The position numbers and the translations under genes are program-made. The notes under the pieces are model-generated. The model saw only the letters and a program-made list of their open reading frames with translations. It was not told the origin of the DNA and did not search any database. A stretch of 64,000 bases of DNA. It comes from a virus (lineage: Duplodnaviria; Caudoviricetes). Where the stretch lies: the IMG/VR virus record IMGVR_UViG_3300026549_000051, positions 1 to 64,000 of that record; one strand, given 5' to 3'. Within the stretch, counting starts at the first letter, position 1; the number at the start of each line of letters is the position of its first letter. This document shows positions 17,110 to 28,223 of this stretch, piece after piece.

Positions 17110-20100
17110 GTGGCTCACGATATGGCGAAGATAAAATACGAAGAAGTTAATGTTCTCGACGAGAATGGCAATGTGATAGGGACGCAGAGGTATCCAGAAG
17201 GGGGGTCTCTCTACGCAGAAGCTAAAAAGGCTAGGGAAGAGGGTGGTACTTACAGCGTGTACCAGACTAATGCTCCAGACGAAGAGGTTTATACCCCTGT
17301 ATCTGAAGCAAAGGCAACAACCACTATCGACCCAATGACCGGCACGATTACTGTCAGAGGCCCTAAATGGCTGACTGGCGAGATTATTAATTCTGACTCT
17401 TTTAAGAAGAATTACTCCGAGAATAAAGCGCTTCTTGGCCTTGTAAATATGTTCCGCGCTGACCCTAATTCTACTATTGCCGACCCAACGACTGGAGACC
17501 CAATTAAAGTGTCTGACGCATTGAGAACTTTCCAAGATTCGGCAAATAACTATGCGGGGTCTTTCGCGATGATAAAGAACTATAAGGAAGACATTTCCGC
17601 TAAGTATGGTGCTAGCTTTACAGACCAGGATGTTGCCGTTGCTAATACTTTTTACAACAAGGATGACTACAATAAGAGCGGCGCAGTTTATGTCCCCGAC
17701 TGGGCAATGGATAAATATGATTGGTCTGGTTTAGGGTCATGGGACAGCGAAAATAAAACTGTAAGTGCCGAGGATTTTTTCACGGCTGTATATAAACAGG
17801 ATTTTGACGATGCTACTGGCTCAAAACTACAGGAAGAAGCCCTGAAGCGCATGGAGGGGTTCCTCGATTACAACGTATATGACCCGAGCGACGAGGAAGA
17901 AACTAAGACACGCCAAGAGGTTATGGGGGATGCTGGTTATGCAACTGAGCTGGCGCGTACGATTCAAATGTACAATCTTGTAACACAGAATAGGCCAGAA
18001 ACAACGGCGCTATTTGATATGGCGATGTTTGGCGCAACAATGGTGACGGGCGTGGTGGGTTCAGCAATGAATGCTGGGTATAATTTTTCTGCCGTGTTGA
18101 CGCAGTCTTTTGAGTCGATTGTGGACTGGGGCCTTGATGCGGTTGGAGTTGAAGACGAGAACAGGACGGGAGTGGGGTGGCTTCTTCTCGGTAATCCAGC
18201 GTATCTCGCTGGTTATATGGCTGGCGAGTTCCTCAACCTTCTGCGAGATGGTGGCGACCCACAGAAGATTATCGCTGACCTTCAAGCTGATGCGCTAGCC
18301 TTAGCGAGAGGCCACCTTGGCGATCAATACGATAAATATAATGAAGAACTAACAAAAACTTTCGACGAATTCAATGAGCGGATGCAGATGATTTCTGGAT
18401 CCGCTGCGGCTGGCGAGATGGTCGGCAACCTTATTTGGAAAATCGCTGAGAATATTATTCTTCTCAACGCTGCTGGTGGCGCGATTGAAAAAGGTATCTC
18501 TGCATTAGGTAGTGGAACTGGCATAGCCACATTTATGGGCAAGGCAATGTCTGCTAAGAGTGTCGCTACTGTGTTCAAGGTGCTTGGCTTTGCCAGTAAC
18601 GTTACGGCGCAGGGTTTACTCGAAACCATGGTTGACGATAAACAGCTCGTCAATAAGGCTTTTGCTAGCGGTGAAATAACCCCAGAGTTGGCTGAGAAAA
18701 TCGTCTCCAATATCTGGTGGAACACCATCGGTGAGGGCGCGATGAGAGGTCTAGAAGGCTTCTTCAACAAGACTGTCAGTGGTCAGGTGATTTCTATGGG
18801 GGCCGGCAAAGTCACTGCAGCCGCCGGAAGGGCTCGAGACACTATTTTGAGTAAAATCTTTATGAGGCTTAACGGCTTTGGGGCTGGAGAAAAAGTCGCT
18901 GAAGTCGCCGCTCAAACTGGACGCACCGTAGAGGCGTTCAATATTGCCGGGATGGACATGGCGAATGCGATTCGTGACGCAATTCTAAAGAACCCAATCA
19001 TTGGCGAAGCGAGCGAAGACTTCGATGCTCTCGTTAAAAACATTTCTGACATTTTGTTCCCTGGCAAAACTTTAAGCACGGAGGAGCTTGAGGCTTTGTC
19101 CAAGGAGACAGCAGACGCGCTAGAGGATGTCCCTGGGGCTACTACTAAGGGCCTAACTCTTAAGGAGCGTGTTAATGCCAACTTCGAGCGTTATCAGAAG
19201 TTGCGCACCGCTAGAATAGACCTAGAAAACCAGATAGATGCTATCAGCAAAGGCGTTTCTATTAAGCAGACTGAAATTGAGCAGGCTATCGATGCCGATG
19301 GAACCTTCACCAGATTCCAACAGGCTGAAGCCGACATGGCAACGATTGAGAGCAAGCTTGCTTCCGAGGGGGCAGATTTGACTCTCCGTGAATCTGGTAG
19401 CCTGCTCTCGAAAGAGGCGAGCGAGACTATTAGCCTTAAGTCACAGCTAGGCCACTATAAATGGCAACTTGAGAATGCCGATGCGATTGGCTTGCCATCC
19501 ACCAGGATTAACACTATTAAGAAATTCGTAACTTCTGCTGAGGAAAAAATCGCTGGGTATGAGGCTAAATATGGCGCAGAGTGGGCAGCGTCAACCAATA
19601 GAACGCTGGAGGCGATCGGTCGTTATAACAAAGCATTAACGGACTATATGATTGACCATGGTTATGTGGACAGAGATTATGTAGACCTTATTTATAAGCT
19701 TCGTACTCAGGGCTACGGCGATGACGGCTCTTTGTATATACCGACGTCGCGCTTGTTCACTGACGAGGATATCGAGGCTGGTGTTAGAAGGTTTGCCAAC
19801 GAAAACTTTAGCGACAAGGTCGCACTTTTCCGCGCCCGCAAGGTTGTAGGAGATGACCCATTGTATCTTGAGCCAGGGGATATTGATAGCTCATTTATAG
19901 ACCCGACAATGGTGATTTTCACGAAGACGAGGGCTGCCGCTACGGTGGCTCAGGCGCAAGACCTTGGCCGAGCGGTTGAGGCCGCAAACATGATAACCAG
20001 ACAGCTTAAGGGCTTGTCGACTGATGGTTTTTCTGATTATGAGGTTTCGTTAGTTGAGAAGGGGCTTGCCGGACTAAAGAACGAGCTTAATAGTGTCGTG

Positions 20101-23100
20101 TCTCCGAACGGCGATGCTTTCTCTGCAATCATTAAAGATGAGTTCCTTAAAACGGACACTATGCGTGCAGCTTACGATTATCGCAAGTTGTTCGACAGAG
20201 CGCGAGCCGCAAAAGGTGCGGCCGACAGGGCTGAGAAGGCTTATAATGCTGCCATTAAGAAAGAAGTGACCGCAGCAAAACGATGGGGAATTGTTGAGCA
20301 ATCTAGCAGCGATGAGCTGACGGGTATTATTGATGCTATGCCGGCCGATATCTCGAAGCCGTCATTTGACATCCTTGGGCAAAATGCGAACACCTTTAGG
20401 AGTTGGTATGACAATCTCCCAGATTATTTACAGAAAAAGATTGTCAAGGATTTAGATGGCCAAAAACTTAATGTCACCAACGTGAAAAAATTGGCTCGCG
20501 GGTCTGATACTTATATCCGTGATTTGCAGAGCGACTTCATCTTGCACAACAAAAAAGCGGTGTCGAAGCTCGAGGAGTTCCAGGATTTTACCTTTAACAA
20601 GTATGACGCTCAGTTAGAGGCGGAGGGTAAGACTGTGCTGAGCAAGCCGCGCGAGGATTATTTGAGGGCGCTAGAGAAACAATATGCAGCCGAAGCTGAG
20701 TTTGAAGGTGCGCCAAAATGGGACCCGAAAGACCTAGAGACGCTAGGCAGCGACTTCAACAGTGGGGTTGTAGACCTTCGTCAAAAGGTTGTAGATGGCA
20801 TGATTGAAAAGCTTGAAAAGTCTACTGCCTTTAATGATGTCGTCAAAAATGTGATTAAACAGAGTAACGGCGCGTTCGGTGAGGGCGACGAGGCCTTAGC
20901 CGCGGCTAAGGAATATGTGGTTCTCAACCAGCTTCATAATATTAGTAATGGTAAGAAATTCGCGGCTCCACTTAATGAGAGTGTTAAGGGGGCGCGTTCG
21001 TTAGCCTTTAAGACGGCGCAAAAGGGGTTCGGCAAGGAACAGGCCAAACATAGCTACGATATTGCGAACGCTATCGGTAACGGACTTAAGGCTGATATCG
21101 ACAGTGAATACGCAAGGCTCGTCAACATCCTAAAGACTGGTGGCGGCAGCGAAGCCATAGATATGAAGACCTACTGGAATGACATCCAGAAAGAGATGAA
21201 GGAAATCGAGGGGCGTGGGCTGAAGGCTCCTAAGGATGGTTCTCGTATACCAGAATATAATTCGCGTAAAATTGTTCAGCTAATTGGTCCAGATGGCACG
21301 CTTAAGTATTATGAAACTGACCCGATGTACGCATTCGCTGCAAATGCGTCTATCGACTTCCGCAAGACGACTACTGACGCTCTCGCAAAAACTATTCTTG
21401 GGTTTAATGCTCAAACTAGCCAAATTTTCCGTTGGGGTACGACCGGTATTGACTTGGCTTCTTATGTAAATCAGTGGTTCCGAGACCCTATGGATGCTGT
21501 GTTTGTCGGCGCAGCTAAGCCATTTACGAATCTCCGTACGGGAAGCGCGAAAAGTTTTATGGCCTCTGTTGCTTCAGATTCTATCCCATTCGGCCAGAGA
21601 GTTTTCGGAAAGGCTGTTACGGACACCTTCACTGATAGTTTTATAGAGTCTGCCTATGAAAGCACCCAGAAGGGGTTAGTAGCCCAATATGGCCAAGAGT
21701 GGTGGGACGCGTTCGCCGAGAATGCCGTTAAGGGCGTTGCTCCAGAAGAAGCCGAACAAGCGCTCAAGCGTGCGACCGTTACTTTCTCCGTCGATACTAT
21801 GGGGATGAGCCGTATCCCAGGGCAAGGTGGTATGACAGAGGCGGAGTTCTATCGTGCCGGTGGCGGCAAAGTCGAGATGAAGGATGTGCGACGCGAACAG
21901 ATGCAGATTGCTTTTGGTGCGAAAGAGGGGCTTGGCACGGCCGAAGGGGACTTGGCCCAGTGGCAGGCCGCTTCTAGAAAGATGCAGGAGAAGCTTGATA
22001 ACTTCTTCCAAGACACCTCTCGCGGCAACTGGCGTGAATCGTTTGCCCGTAGGAGTGTTTACGCATCCCAGTACCGTATTGCTATCGAGTCTGGCATGAC
22101 TATGCAAGAGGCACAAATTTGGGCGACCAGGTTTGCATTAGATGCGACTACCGATTTCGGTCGTACCTTTGCGTATGCCAACAGGTTCATTAAGAGCGTC
22201 CCTTATCTCGGTGCGGCAATTAATGGCCATAAATCGTTCTTTAGATTGCTTGAGCTCGACCCAGCTGGCGTATCTACTCGCTTCACTTTTGGTTTAATTC
22301 TGCCTTATATGACTCTTCTGACAGAGAGCCTAAGTGACCCGAAGAACCGCGAGATTTACCAAACTATCCGCGAGTATGAAAAACAGGATTCTGCGTTCTT
22401 GGTCTATAAAGGGTCTAAGATACAAATCCCAATTCCTCAAGAGCTGTCCCGCTTCTTAGCTCCATTTCGCCATGTTGTAGAAAAGGCCGCCGATGCGCAA
22501 GACGCTTCTTGGAGGGACTTAGTGGCAAGTGATATCCTTGGGGTATTCCCGATTGACCTATCTGGCTTTGTCGATCTAGACGCGAATGATATTCTTATGG
22601 ACGATGAATCTACTGGGCTGTGGACTCGCATTGGTCGTGGCGTAGAGAAAGCGGCTTCTTCCCTGATGCCTCCAATCGTTAAGAGCGCTTACATGATTAA
22701 GAGTGGCCGTGACCCGTACACGGGGCGCGACATTGATACCAGCCATGTCTACATTGACGAGAACGGCGAAGAGCAGATTATGGATAGCACTAAGAGTGAT
22801 ATCGCTAAGAGCTTTGCCGAATTCAGTAAAAAGTTCGGCTGGAATCTGAGTGCCTCTGCAGCAAACAAGGTGTTGCAGTCTCTCTTTGGTCGCTCTACGA
22901 TTAGCGTGTTGGATAATGCGAAAAGCCTGTTCTCTGGCGACATTAAGTCATTTAATGAGGCGCTAGCAGCCGAAGTTACGAGCCCGGTAGATGGTGGCTC
23001 CGACTATAATGAGGTCAGGTCTAATTGGCAGAAGGCGATAGACATTGCCTACGCAAAGCGAGAAGAGCTTATCAATGATGATGGTTTGCAGAAGGCTTTA

Positions 23101-23811
23101 GCGGTTATTCGTGACGAAAAGTGGGACAGTGTCAATCCGACGAAACGCGAGAACGCTCTGCAGGTTTACCGCAATAAGATTGACGAGTATTCAAAGTTCG
23201 TATTGGACATTGCAAACAATATGCGTCAAAAGTACCCAGACCAGTATACTGATGTGCGTGTTGCTCAGATTGTAAGCTTGCTCACGTTCCCGACCGGCAT
23301 AACCTACAATGATACTGATTATTCGCGCGAGCTTCAGAAAGATAGCTATTACGATGCCCGTAACGCCGCTATCAGCACCCTCATAGACATGGGGTTCCCA
23401 ATGGAGACCTCCGACAATAACCTTCTTGGTCACGGCTATTACGATAAATATGGCCAGTACCAATTCAAGGTGAACACACCTTATGAGATACAATATCTCC
23501 AGAGCGCCAAGTATGGGAACACCGACCAAATCCAGGCTATGATAAAGAAGCAGCTAGACGATGCCGAGATTACATCGTCGAAGATGTGGAAAGCTTACTA
23601 TTCCGCCGGAAGTAAGGCCGCGCGCAAGCAGGTCAGCGACGAATGGAATACAATGGTCGTGAAAACGTTATATCCTATCATTAGCAGATACGGCGCGAAC
23701 TCTGTTTTGAGCGACTCGGCGACCAGAGATATGCTAGAAGATTATCTCTTAATAAGTAACCCTTATAAGAAGAAGCAGTATATGTATCAAATATTTGGAG
23801 GTGAGCAGTAA
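17110..23811 (+). CDS. large internal virion/ejection protein (LPD38-like C-terminal region)
   Basis: 2233 aa, Ala/Gly-rich segments, ALDATTDFGR...VPYLGAAING motif, no Cys seen; start may be 17122. Confidence 0.65.
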   Translation: MAHDMAKIKYEEVNVLDENGNVIGTQRYPEGGSLYAEAKKAREEGGTYSVYQTNAPDEEVYTPVSEAKATTTIDPMTGTITVRGPKWLTGEIINSDSFKKNYSENKALLGLVNMFRADPNSTIADPTTGDPIKVSDALRTFQDSANNYAGSFAMIKNYKEDISAKYGASFTDQDVAVANTFYNKDDYNKSGAVYVPDWAMDKYDWSGLGSWDSENKTVSAEDFFTAVYKQDFDDATGSKLQEEALKRMEGFLDYNVYDPSDEEETKTRQEVMGDAGYATELARTIQMYNLVTQNRPETTALFDMAMFGATMVTGVVGSAMNAGYNFSAVLTQSFESIVDWGLDAVGVEDENRTGVGWLLLGNPAYLAGYMAGEFLNLLRDGGDPQKIIADLQADALALARGHLGDQYDKYNEELTKTFDEFNERMQMISGSAAAGEMVGNLIWKIAENIILLNAAGGAIEKGISALGSGTGIATFMGKAMSAKSVATVFKVLGFASNVTAQGLLETMVDDKQLVNKAFASGEITPELAEKIVSNIWWNTIGEGAMRGLEGFFNKTVSGQVISMGAGKVTAAAGRARDTILSKIFMRLNGFGAGEKVAEVAAQTGRTVEAFNIAGMDMANAIRDAILKNPIIGEASEDFDALVKNISDILFPGKTLSTEELEALSKETADALEDVPGATTKGLTLKERVNANFERYQKLRTARIDLENQIDAISKGVSIKQTEIEQAIDADGTFTRFQQAEADMATIESKLASEGADLTLRESGSLLSKEASETISLKSQLGHYKWQLENADAIGLPSTRINTIKKFVTSAEEKIAGYEAKYGAEWAASTNRTLEAIGRYNKALTDYMIDHGYVDRDYVDLIYKLRTQGYGDDGSLYIPTSRLFTDEDIEAGVRRFANENFSDKVALFRARKVVGDDPLYLEPGDIDSSFIDPTMVIFTKTRAAATVAQAQDLGRAVEAANMITRQLKGLSTDGFSDYEVSLVEKGLAGLKNELNSVVSPNGDAFSAIIKDEFLKTDTMRAAYDYRKLFDRARAAKGAADRAEKAYNAAIKKEVTAAKRWGIVEQSSSDELTGIIDAMPADISKPSFDILGQNANTFRSWYDNLPDYLQKKIVKDLDGQKLNVTNVKKLARGSDTYIRDLQSDFILHNKKAVSKLEEFQDFTFNKYDAQLEAEGKTVLSKPREDYLRALEKQYAAEAEFEGAPKWDPKDLETLGSDFNSGVVDLRQKVVDGMIEKLEKSTAFNDVVKNVIKQSNGAFGEGDEALAAAKEYVVLNQLHNISNGKKFAAPLNESVKGARSLAFKTAQKGFGKEQAKHSYDIANAIGNGLKADIDSEYARLVNILKTGGGSEAIDMKTYWNDIQKEMKEIEGRGLKAPKDGSRIPEYNSRKIVQLIGPDGTLKYYETDPMYAFAANASIDFRKTTTDALAKTILGFNAQTSQIFRWGTTGIDLASYVNQWFRDPMDAVFVGAAKPFTNLRTGSAKSFMASVASDSIPFGQRVFGKAVTDTFTDSFIESAYESTQKGLVAQYGQEWWDAFAENAVKGVAPEEAEQALKRATVTFSVDTMGMSRIPGQGGMTEAEFYRAGGGKVEMKDVRREQMQIAFGAKEGLGTAEGDLAQWQAASRKMQEKLDNFFQDTSRGNWRESFARRSVYASQYRIAIESGMTMQEAQIWATRFALDATTDFGRTFAYANRFIKSVPYLGAAINGHKSFFRLLELDPAGVSTRFTFGLILPYMTLLTESLSDPKNREIYQTIREYEKQDSAFLVYKGSKIQIPIPQELSRFLAPFRHVVEKAADAQDASWRDLVASDILGVFPIDLSGFVDLDANDILMDDESTGLWTRIGRGVEKAASSLMPPIVKSAYMIKSGRDPYTGRDIDTSHVYIDENGEEQIMDSTKSDIAKSFAEFSKKFGWNLSASAANKVLQSLFGRSTISVLDNAKSLFSGDIKSFNEALAAEVTSPVDGGSDYNEVRSNWQKAIDIAYAKREELINDDGLQKALAVIRDEKWDSVNPTKRENALQVYRNKIDEYSKFVLDIANNMRQKYPDQYTDVRVAQIVSLLTFPTGITYNDTDYSRELQKDSYYDARNAAISTLIDMGFPMETSDNNLLGHGYYDKYGQYQFKVNTPYEIQYLQSAKYGNTDQIQAMIKKQLDDAEITSSKMWKAYYSAGSKAARKQVSDEWNTMVVKTLYPIISRYGANSVLSDSATRDMLEDYLLISNPYKKKQYMYQIFGGEQ

Positions 23812-24551
23812 TGTTTAGTGAACAGGAGCTAGACGCTAGAATAAAAGCCGCTAATGACGCATTTGTGACTGGGGACGAGATACCGAACGCTCCCCCGGAT
23901 CCAAATGCTAAACCAAGTGAAACCAGGAAGATTGGCTCGGGGGAGGAGCCATGGGTTCCGGTTGACCTTTATCAGCGTGACGCAACTCGTCGCATTGAGA
24001 ATGCAAAAAAGAAATTCCCGAAGGGGAGCTCGAAGTTAGTCAAGGCAACCGTCGCGGCCATCATCGACGGCGACGGCGTGCCAATGGCTGGCCTTGCCTA
24101 CGCCCGAAAGAGAGCAGAAGATGATAGTGAATCTCTTATGAGAAGAGGCGAAAAACAGAGAGCGAATATCGTTATTCAGCAATACATGCAGGAGAATTTC
24201 CTCCCTGCCGTTGAAGCGGTCATTGAATACACGAGCCCAGATGAGCTCCTTAACAGCAAGGAGGCCCTTGATATCTTAGACAAGATGGCTCTAGGTCTTG
24301 GCTCGATGAGCGGATATACGGCGTCTTATGTGCGTCAGGCTTACGGCAACCAGCTAGGCCAAAAAGAAGGGGCAAGCGACCCAGCCGTGCGTGACGCCGT
24401 ACGCAAGATTGTTATGCTCTCGAATAACGACGAAATCAGTACGGCTATCGGAATGGCCAAGAAGATGAAGCGTCAAATTGACGAGGGTGAGCATATCGCC
24501 TCAGACGACGACTACGCTTTAATTGGTCGCGTGGTGGCATACGCAAACTAA
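23811..24551 (+). CDS. putative internal virion protein
   Basis: Coupled to giant gene, helical, Cys-free. Confidence 0.55.
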   Translation: MFSEQELDARIKAANDAFVTGDEIPNAPPDPNAKPSETRKIGSGEEPWVPVDLYQRDATRRIENAKKKFPKGSSKLVKATVAAIIDGDGVPMAGLAYARKRAEDDSESLMRRGEKQRANIVIQQYMQENFLPAVEAVIEYTSPDELLNSKEALDILDKMALGLGSMSGYTASYVRQAYGNQLGQKEGASDPAVRDAVRKIVMLSNNDEISTAIGMAKKMKRQIDEGEHIASDDDYALIGRVVAYAN

Positions 24552-24590
24552 ATTTAATGTCTCAGGGTGGGTACTATTTATAATTAAGGT

Positions 24591-25286
24591 ATGAATCCAT
24601 TTTGTAATACATGTGGCGGACCATTAATGGGATGCGGGCATTGCGGACAGTGCCAGCCTAAATGTGGCTGTGAGAAGAAGTGCCCAAAGCCATGTGGCTG
24701 CCCAGAACAAATCCTCTCTATAGAGGCCGATACGACTCGCCCTGCGTATTTACGCTTTAACCTAGGCGGTCGCTCCGTTTGGTATGACTTTACTAGCGTT
24801 GTTAAGAGCGCGGAAACTTGTACCACTCTAAAACCAGACATTACCGCTCGCACGCTTATTTATGACGCTGAGTGCGGTCGTCAGACGATATCCGCTCCAG
24901 AGCTTGGCTCGATTCTTCACTTGGCTGACATTGGGGATGTGGACGCCACGACGATTAAAGATAACGCTATTCTTGTCTATAAGAAAGACGCTAACTGTGG
25001 CGAAAACTGCGACGGCAAGAATGGATGGGTTGGCATGGACCCAAGCGAAGAAGCTGGAGAGTCTCTAGATTATGTCATGGGGTCTGACGCTAATGGACGC
25101 GTTAGTAGCTTACAGCCACCGGCAAACTCCACCCAGTTTTATCAGCTCACCTGGGCTGGCGGGGATAAGGCAAAATGGCACCAACCAACAGAGGTGTCTG
25201 TTATCCCGAGAGATGGCGAAAATAAAGCGTGGCGTGTTTATATGGACCCGACGACTCGCGAATTAGTAATTGTGAAGGAGGATTAA
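24591..25286 (+). CDS. Cys-rich tail/fibre protein
   Basis: Metallothionein-like N-terminus; ET-x-T...L-x-D(I/L)-x-DVD shared with 25289 and 38219. Confidence 0.75.
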   Translation: MNPFCNTCGGPLMGCGHCGQCQPKCGCEKKCPKPCGCPEQILSIEADTTRPAYLRFNLGGRSVWYDFTSVVKSAETCTTLKPDITARTLIYDAECGRQTISAPELGSILHLADIGDVDATTIKDNAILVYKKDANCGENCDGKNGWVGMDPSEEAGESLDYVMGSDANGRVSSLQPPANSTQFYQLTWAGGDKAKWHQPTEVSVIPRDGENKAWRVYMDPTTRELVIVKED

Positions 25287-25288
25287 CG

Positions 25289-25927
25289 ATGACTAATATT
25301 GACGAGTTTTACCACAAAGACTGTGAGAAGATTGACGCTAACTGCGTTAATGCCTATGTTGACTATCATTTAGATGAAGAAAATCCGGCTGGGTTATGTG
25401 TCAACACTTCTTGGGGCGGCGATTGCTTAGACCTGACAAGTATCGTTAAGGCGGCCGAGACTGTTACCTCTCTTGAGCTAACGCCAACGGAAGACCCGAC
25501 ATGCCTTACGTTTAATCGCGAAGATGGACAGGCTGACTGCATTCACGGTGATGACCTCTCTCGTATCATCTCAATGACGAAGTTAAAGGACGTCGACCAG
25601 ACCACAGCTCCAGTTAACGGCGATGTTTATATGTATAATAACGGCAAGTTTTATACATTTAACCTCCAGCAGTATATGGACGATACTGCTAACACGATTA
25701 ACAATATGCAAGCTGCCATCCGCCAGTTGCAGGTATTGTTGAACTACTGGCAAGTTCCAGAAGACCTGCCAGCGAACGCTAAGATTATGCTTGGCAACAT
25801 TAACCTGTATTCGGATACAAATGCTGTTATTAACAGCGATGGCACGGTCCAGTCCCTCAATAAAAACAATGGTATCTATGGCCACGACTTGGATATCGAC
25901 AGAACGCAAGATGAAATCTTTGGTTAG
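25289..25927 (+). CDS. Cys-containing tail/fibre protein with coiled coil
   Basis: TSIVKAAETVT...LKDVD paralogy; AGGAGG RBS. Confidence 0.75.
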   Translation: MTNIDEFYHKDCEKIDANCVNAYVDYHLDEENPAGLCVNTSWGGDCLDLTSIVKAAETVTSLELTPTEDPTCLTFNREDGQADCIHGDDLSRIISMTKLKDVDQTTAPVNGDVYMYNNGKFYTFNLQQYMDDTANTINNMQAAIRQLQVLLNYWQVPEDLPANAKIMLGNINLYSDTNAVINSDGTVQSLNKNNGIYGHDLDIDRTQDEIFG

Positions 25928-25938
25928 AAAGGAGTAAG

Positions 25939-26505
25939 ATGAGTTGCGGTTGTGAAAATAACAAAGTAAAAACAGTGAAGATAGCAGATGTCGCGGTTGA
26001 CACTCTCAACTCTTTGCCAGATTACATCTTGGCGGAACGTGATGTCTTAGATGAATCTACCGGCGAAACGAAGCGCACGCTAGTCCGTGAGCCTGCCGAC
26101 AAGCTATTTCCTAATGCGAACAACGATAACGTTACTGGTGAGGCTATCAACAACCTCGCTATCACGGTCCCAGCAGGACAGGTTCGTGCTGGCTACATTA
26201 AGAATGAGGTCGGCATGAACACGATGCAGTATGCCGGCACAGACCATCCAGCAATCTTCCTAATGCTAGGCCTTCATACTGATGGTGTTATGCGCATCCA
26301 GAACAGCGGTTTCGTAGTCATCCCGGAGAAGCACTCGTATATTGTGGATACTCAGTATTACTTGGGCACAAATGGCGAGCCGGTCACAGACAGCACGATT
26401 ACGGGGCAACCCCTGTTTGTTCCGATCAGTGACACGAAGTTAGCAATCACCCTTGACGTTTCCAGGTGGCGCAGTCCGGCTCAACCCGATCCAACGATAC
26501 ACTAA
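25939..26505 (+). CDS. virion protein (possible capsid decoration/spike base)
   Basis: MSCGC start; YYLG-x-NG-x-P motif seen in spike-base proteins. Confidence 0.55.
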   Translation: MSCGCENNKVKTVKIADVAVDTLNSLPDYILAERDVLDESTGETKRTLVREPADKLFPNANNDNVTGEAINNLAITVPAGQVRAGYIKNEVGMNTMQYAGTDHPAIFLMLGLHTDGVMRIQNSGFVVIPEKHSYIVDTQYYLGTNGEPVTDSTITGQPLFVPISDTKLAITLDVSRWRSPAQPDPTIH

Positions 26506-26508
26506 GAG

Positions 26509-26531
26509 ATACCCCTTCGGGGGTATTTTTT
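26509..26531 (+). terminator. Intrinsic terminator
   Basis: ATACCCC-TTCG-GGGGTATTTTTT. Confidence 0.85.
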
Positions 26532-26566
26532 GTATGGCTATCTTGGGCACTCGTTATAATAATGGT

Positions 26567-27037
26567 ATGAGTAATGTTAATCAAAATCCCTGCAACTGTG
26601 AGCCTATGTGCACCACCTGTGGCCGCCCTTGGGTCGTGTGCAAAGGAGAATGCGGGTGCAAGAAATCTTGCTGCAACAATGTAAACTTCTGCGAATATGG
26701 GAAGAAAGTCTCTGGATGTCTTCGCAGTGTCGAGCCTAGCTGCCCAATGCAGGCGGTCATCCCGAGCGTAGTGGTAGAAGATGTGACTGGTCTTAAAAAC
26801 TTAGCTGATTGCTTTGTTCATGTCACAAACATCAATACTACTTTCTACATCGACGATAAACATCGCACGATGGTTACTTGGGCTGGCCCAGTAGAAGTAG
26901 AAAACTATGATTATGAAAATAATCCTTTAGGTCTTCGCAGCCAAATTGTATATGATTACGCCAATAACAAGGCCTATTACTACAACAAAACTGGCGAATG
27001 GAGACGGATAGAACTCTTTGGTGGCGACCCTGAATAG
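26567..27037 (+). CDS. Cys-rich virion protein
   Basis: About 13 Cys, mostly N-terminal; TATAAT-N6-ATG. Confidence 0.75.
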   Translation: MSNVNQNPCNCEPMCTTCGRPWVVCKGECGCKKSCCNNVNFCEYGKKVSGCLRSVEPSCPMQAVIPSVVVEDVTGLKNLADCFVHVTNINTTFYIDDKHRTMVTWAGPVEVENYDYENNPLGLRSQIVYDYANNKAYYYNKTGEWRRIELFGGDPE

Positions 27038-27047
27038 GAGATGATAA

Positions 27048-27434
27048 ATGCCTAAATGCGATTGCGAAAAAGATAACCACCTTACACCACAGGCGCTGGA
27101 GATTCATAATCATGAATGCCCTGTACTTTTTCATAAGGTGCTAGTCCCTGCCGCGATGGGGGATGATATCGACAACCCGCCTCGTAATGGACAGTATCGC
27201 AATGTACTTTTGCAATACGAGGCGAACAAACATATTTATATGTTTTCGTCAGACGGCATCCCGACCTATATATCAGACGGTAGCGAAGACAAAGACACTA
27301 CCGATTACAATGAGTTGACCAATAAGCCGCAGATTAATGATGTTGAGCTTATTGGCAACAAGTCATTTGAGGACCTTGATGCCTGGAGAATGACGAACAC
27401 AGATATTCAAAACATAATAGATTCGGTCGTTTAG
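27048..27434 (+). CDS. fibre anchor protein (GDD...YEAN family)
   Basis: DYNELTNKPQIN fibre motif; C-terminal MTNTDI module. Confidence 0.7.
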   Translation: MPKCDCEKDNHLTPQALEIHNHECPVLFHKVLVPAAMGDDIDNPPRNGQYRNVLLQYEANKHIYMFSSDGIPTYISDGSEDKDTTDYNELTNKPQINDVELIGNKSFEDLDAWRMTNTDIQNIIDSVV

Positions 27435-27447
27435 GAGGCGACCTAAT

Positions 27448-28212
27448 ATGCCTACACAAATTAAATATTTAGATTACGATGGCTTGGTCTACTACCACTC
27501 AAAGGTAAAGACAGCCCTCGGCAATAAAGTTGACAAGGTGAGTGGCAAGGGCCTCTCGACCAATGACTTTACGAACGCTTATAAAACTAAACTCGACGGG
27601 ATTGCAACCGGGGCTCAGGTAAACGTTATCGAGGGTATTACCGTTAATAGCACCGCCGTTCCGCTAACGAACAAGATTGCTAACCTCACCATCCCGACGA
27701 AACTTACTGACCTTACCAATGACGGCAACTTCGTTACCGATGCGAACTATGTCCACACCGACAACAACTTCACCACTACTCTAAAGAACAAACTAAATGG
27801 TATTGCTTCTGGCGCCGAAGTTAACGTCCAGTCCGACTGGTCTGTAACATCAACTTCTTCTGACGCTTATATCAAGAACAAGCCAACCAAGGTCTCTCAG
27901 TTTACTAACGATTCTGGCTTCCAAAACGCTACACAGGTTCAGAACGCGATCAATGCAGCAATAGAAGATATTACTGGCATCGAGTTCCAAATCGTCCAAA
28001 CTCTTCCGTCTACTGGCGAAAAGGGCGTCATCTACCTTGTCCCGAACAGCGGTTCAGGCAACAACAGCTATGACGAGTACATTTGGATTACTAATGGCAG
28101 CACGAGCAGGTTTGAGAAGATCGGCACGACCGATGTCGACCTATCTGGCTATGTGCTTTATACGGACTTAGTGGCTATCACCAACTCAGAAATTGATACA
28201 ATAGTAGCGTAA
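27448..28212 (+). CDS. fibre protein (head-fibre-like repeats)
   Basis: KVDKVSGKGLSTNDFT, KL(D/N)GIA-x-GA-x-VNV repeats, LPSTGEKGVIYLVP. Confidence 0.8.
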   Translation: MPTQIKYLDYDGLVYYHSKVKTALGNKVDKVSGKGLSTNDFTNAYKTKLDGIATGAQVNVIEGITVNSTAVPLTNKIANLTIPTKLTDLTNDGNFVTDANYVHTDNNFTTTLKNKLNGIASGAEVNVQSDWSVTSTSSDAYIKNKPTKVSQFTNDSGFQNATQVQNAINAAIEDITGIEFQIVQTLPSTGEKGVIYLVPNSGSGNNSYDEYIWITNGSTSRFEKIGTTDVDLSGYVLYTDLVAITNSEIDTIVA

Positions 28213-28223
28213 GGAGGACTCCT

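Noticed and set aside
17110-23811. Tape-measure protein or virion RNA polymerase
   Set aside because: No tail-tube or chaperone genes nearby and no polymerase catalytic motif recognised; ejection-protein context fits better
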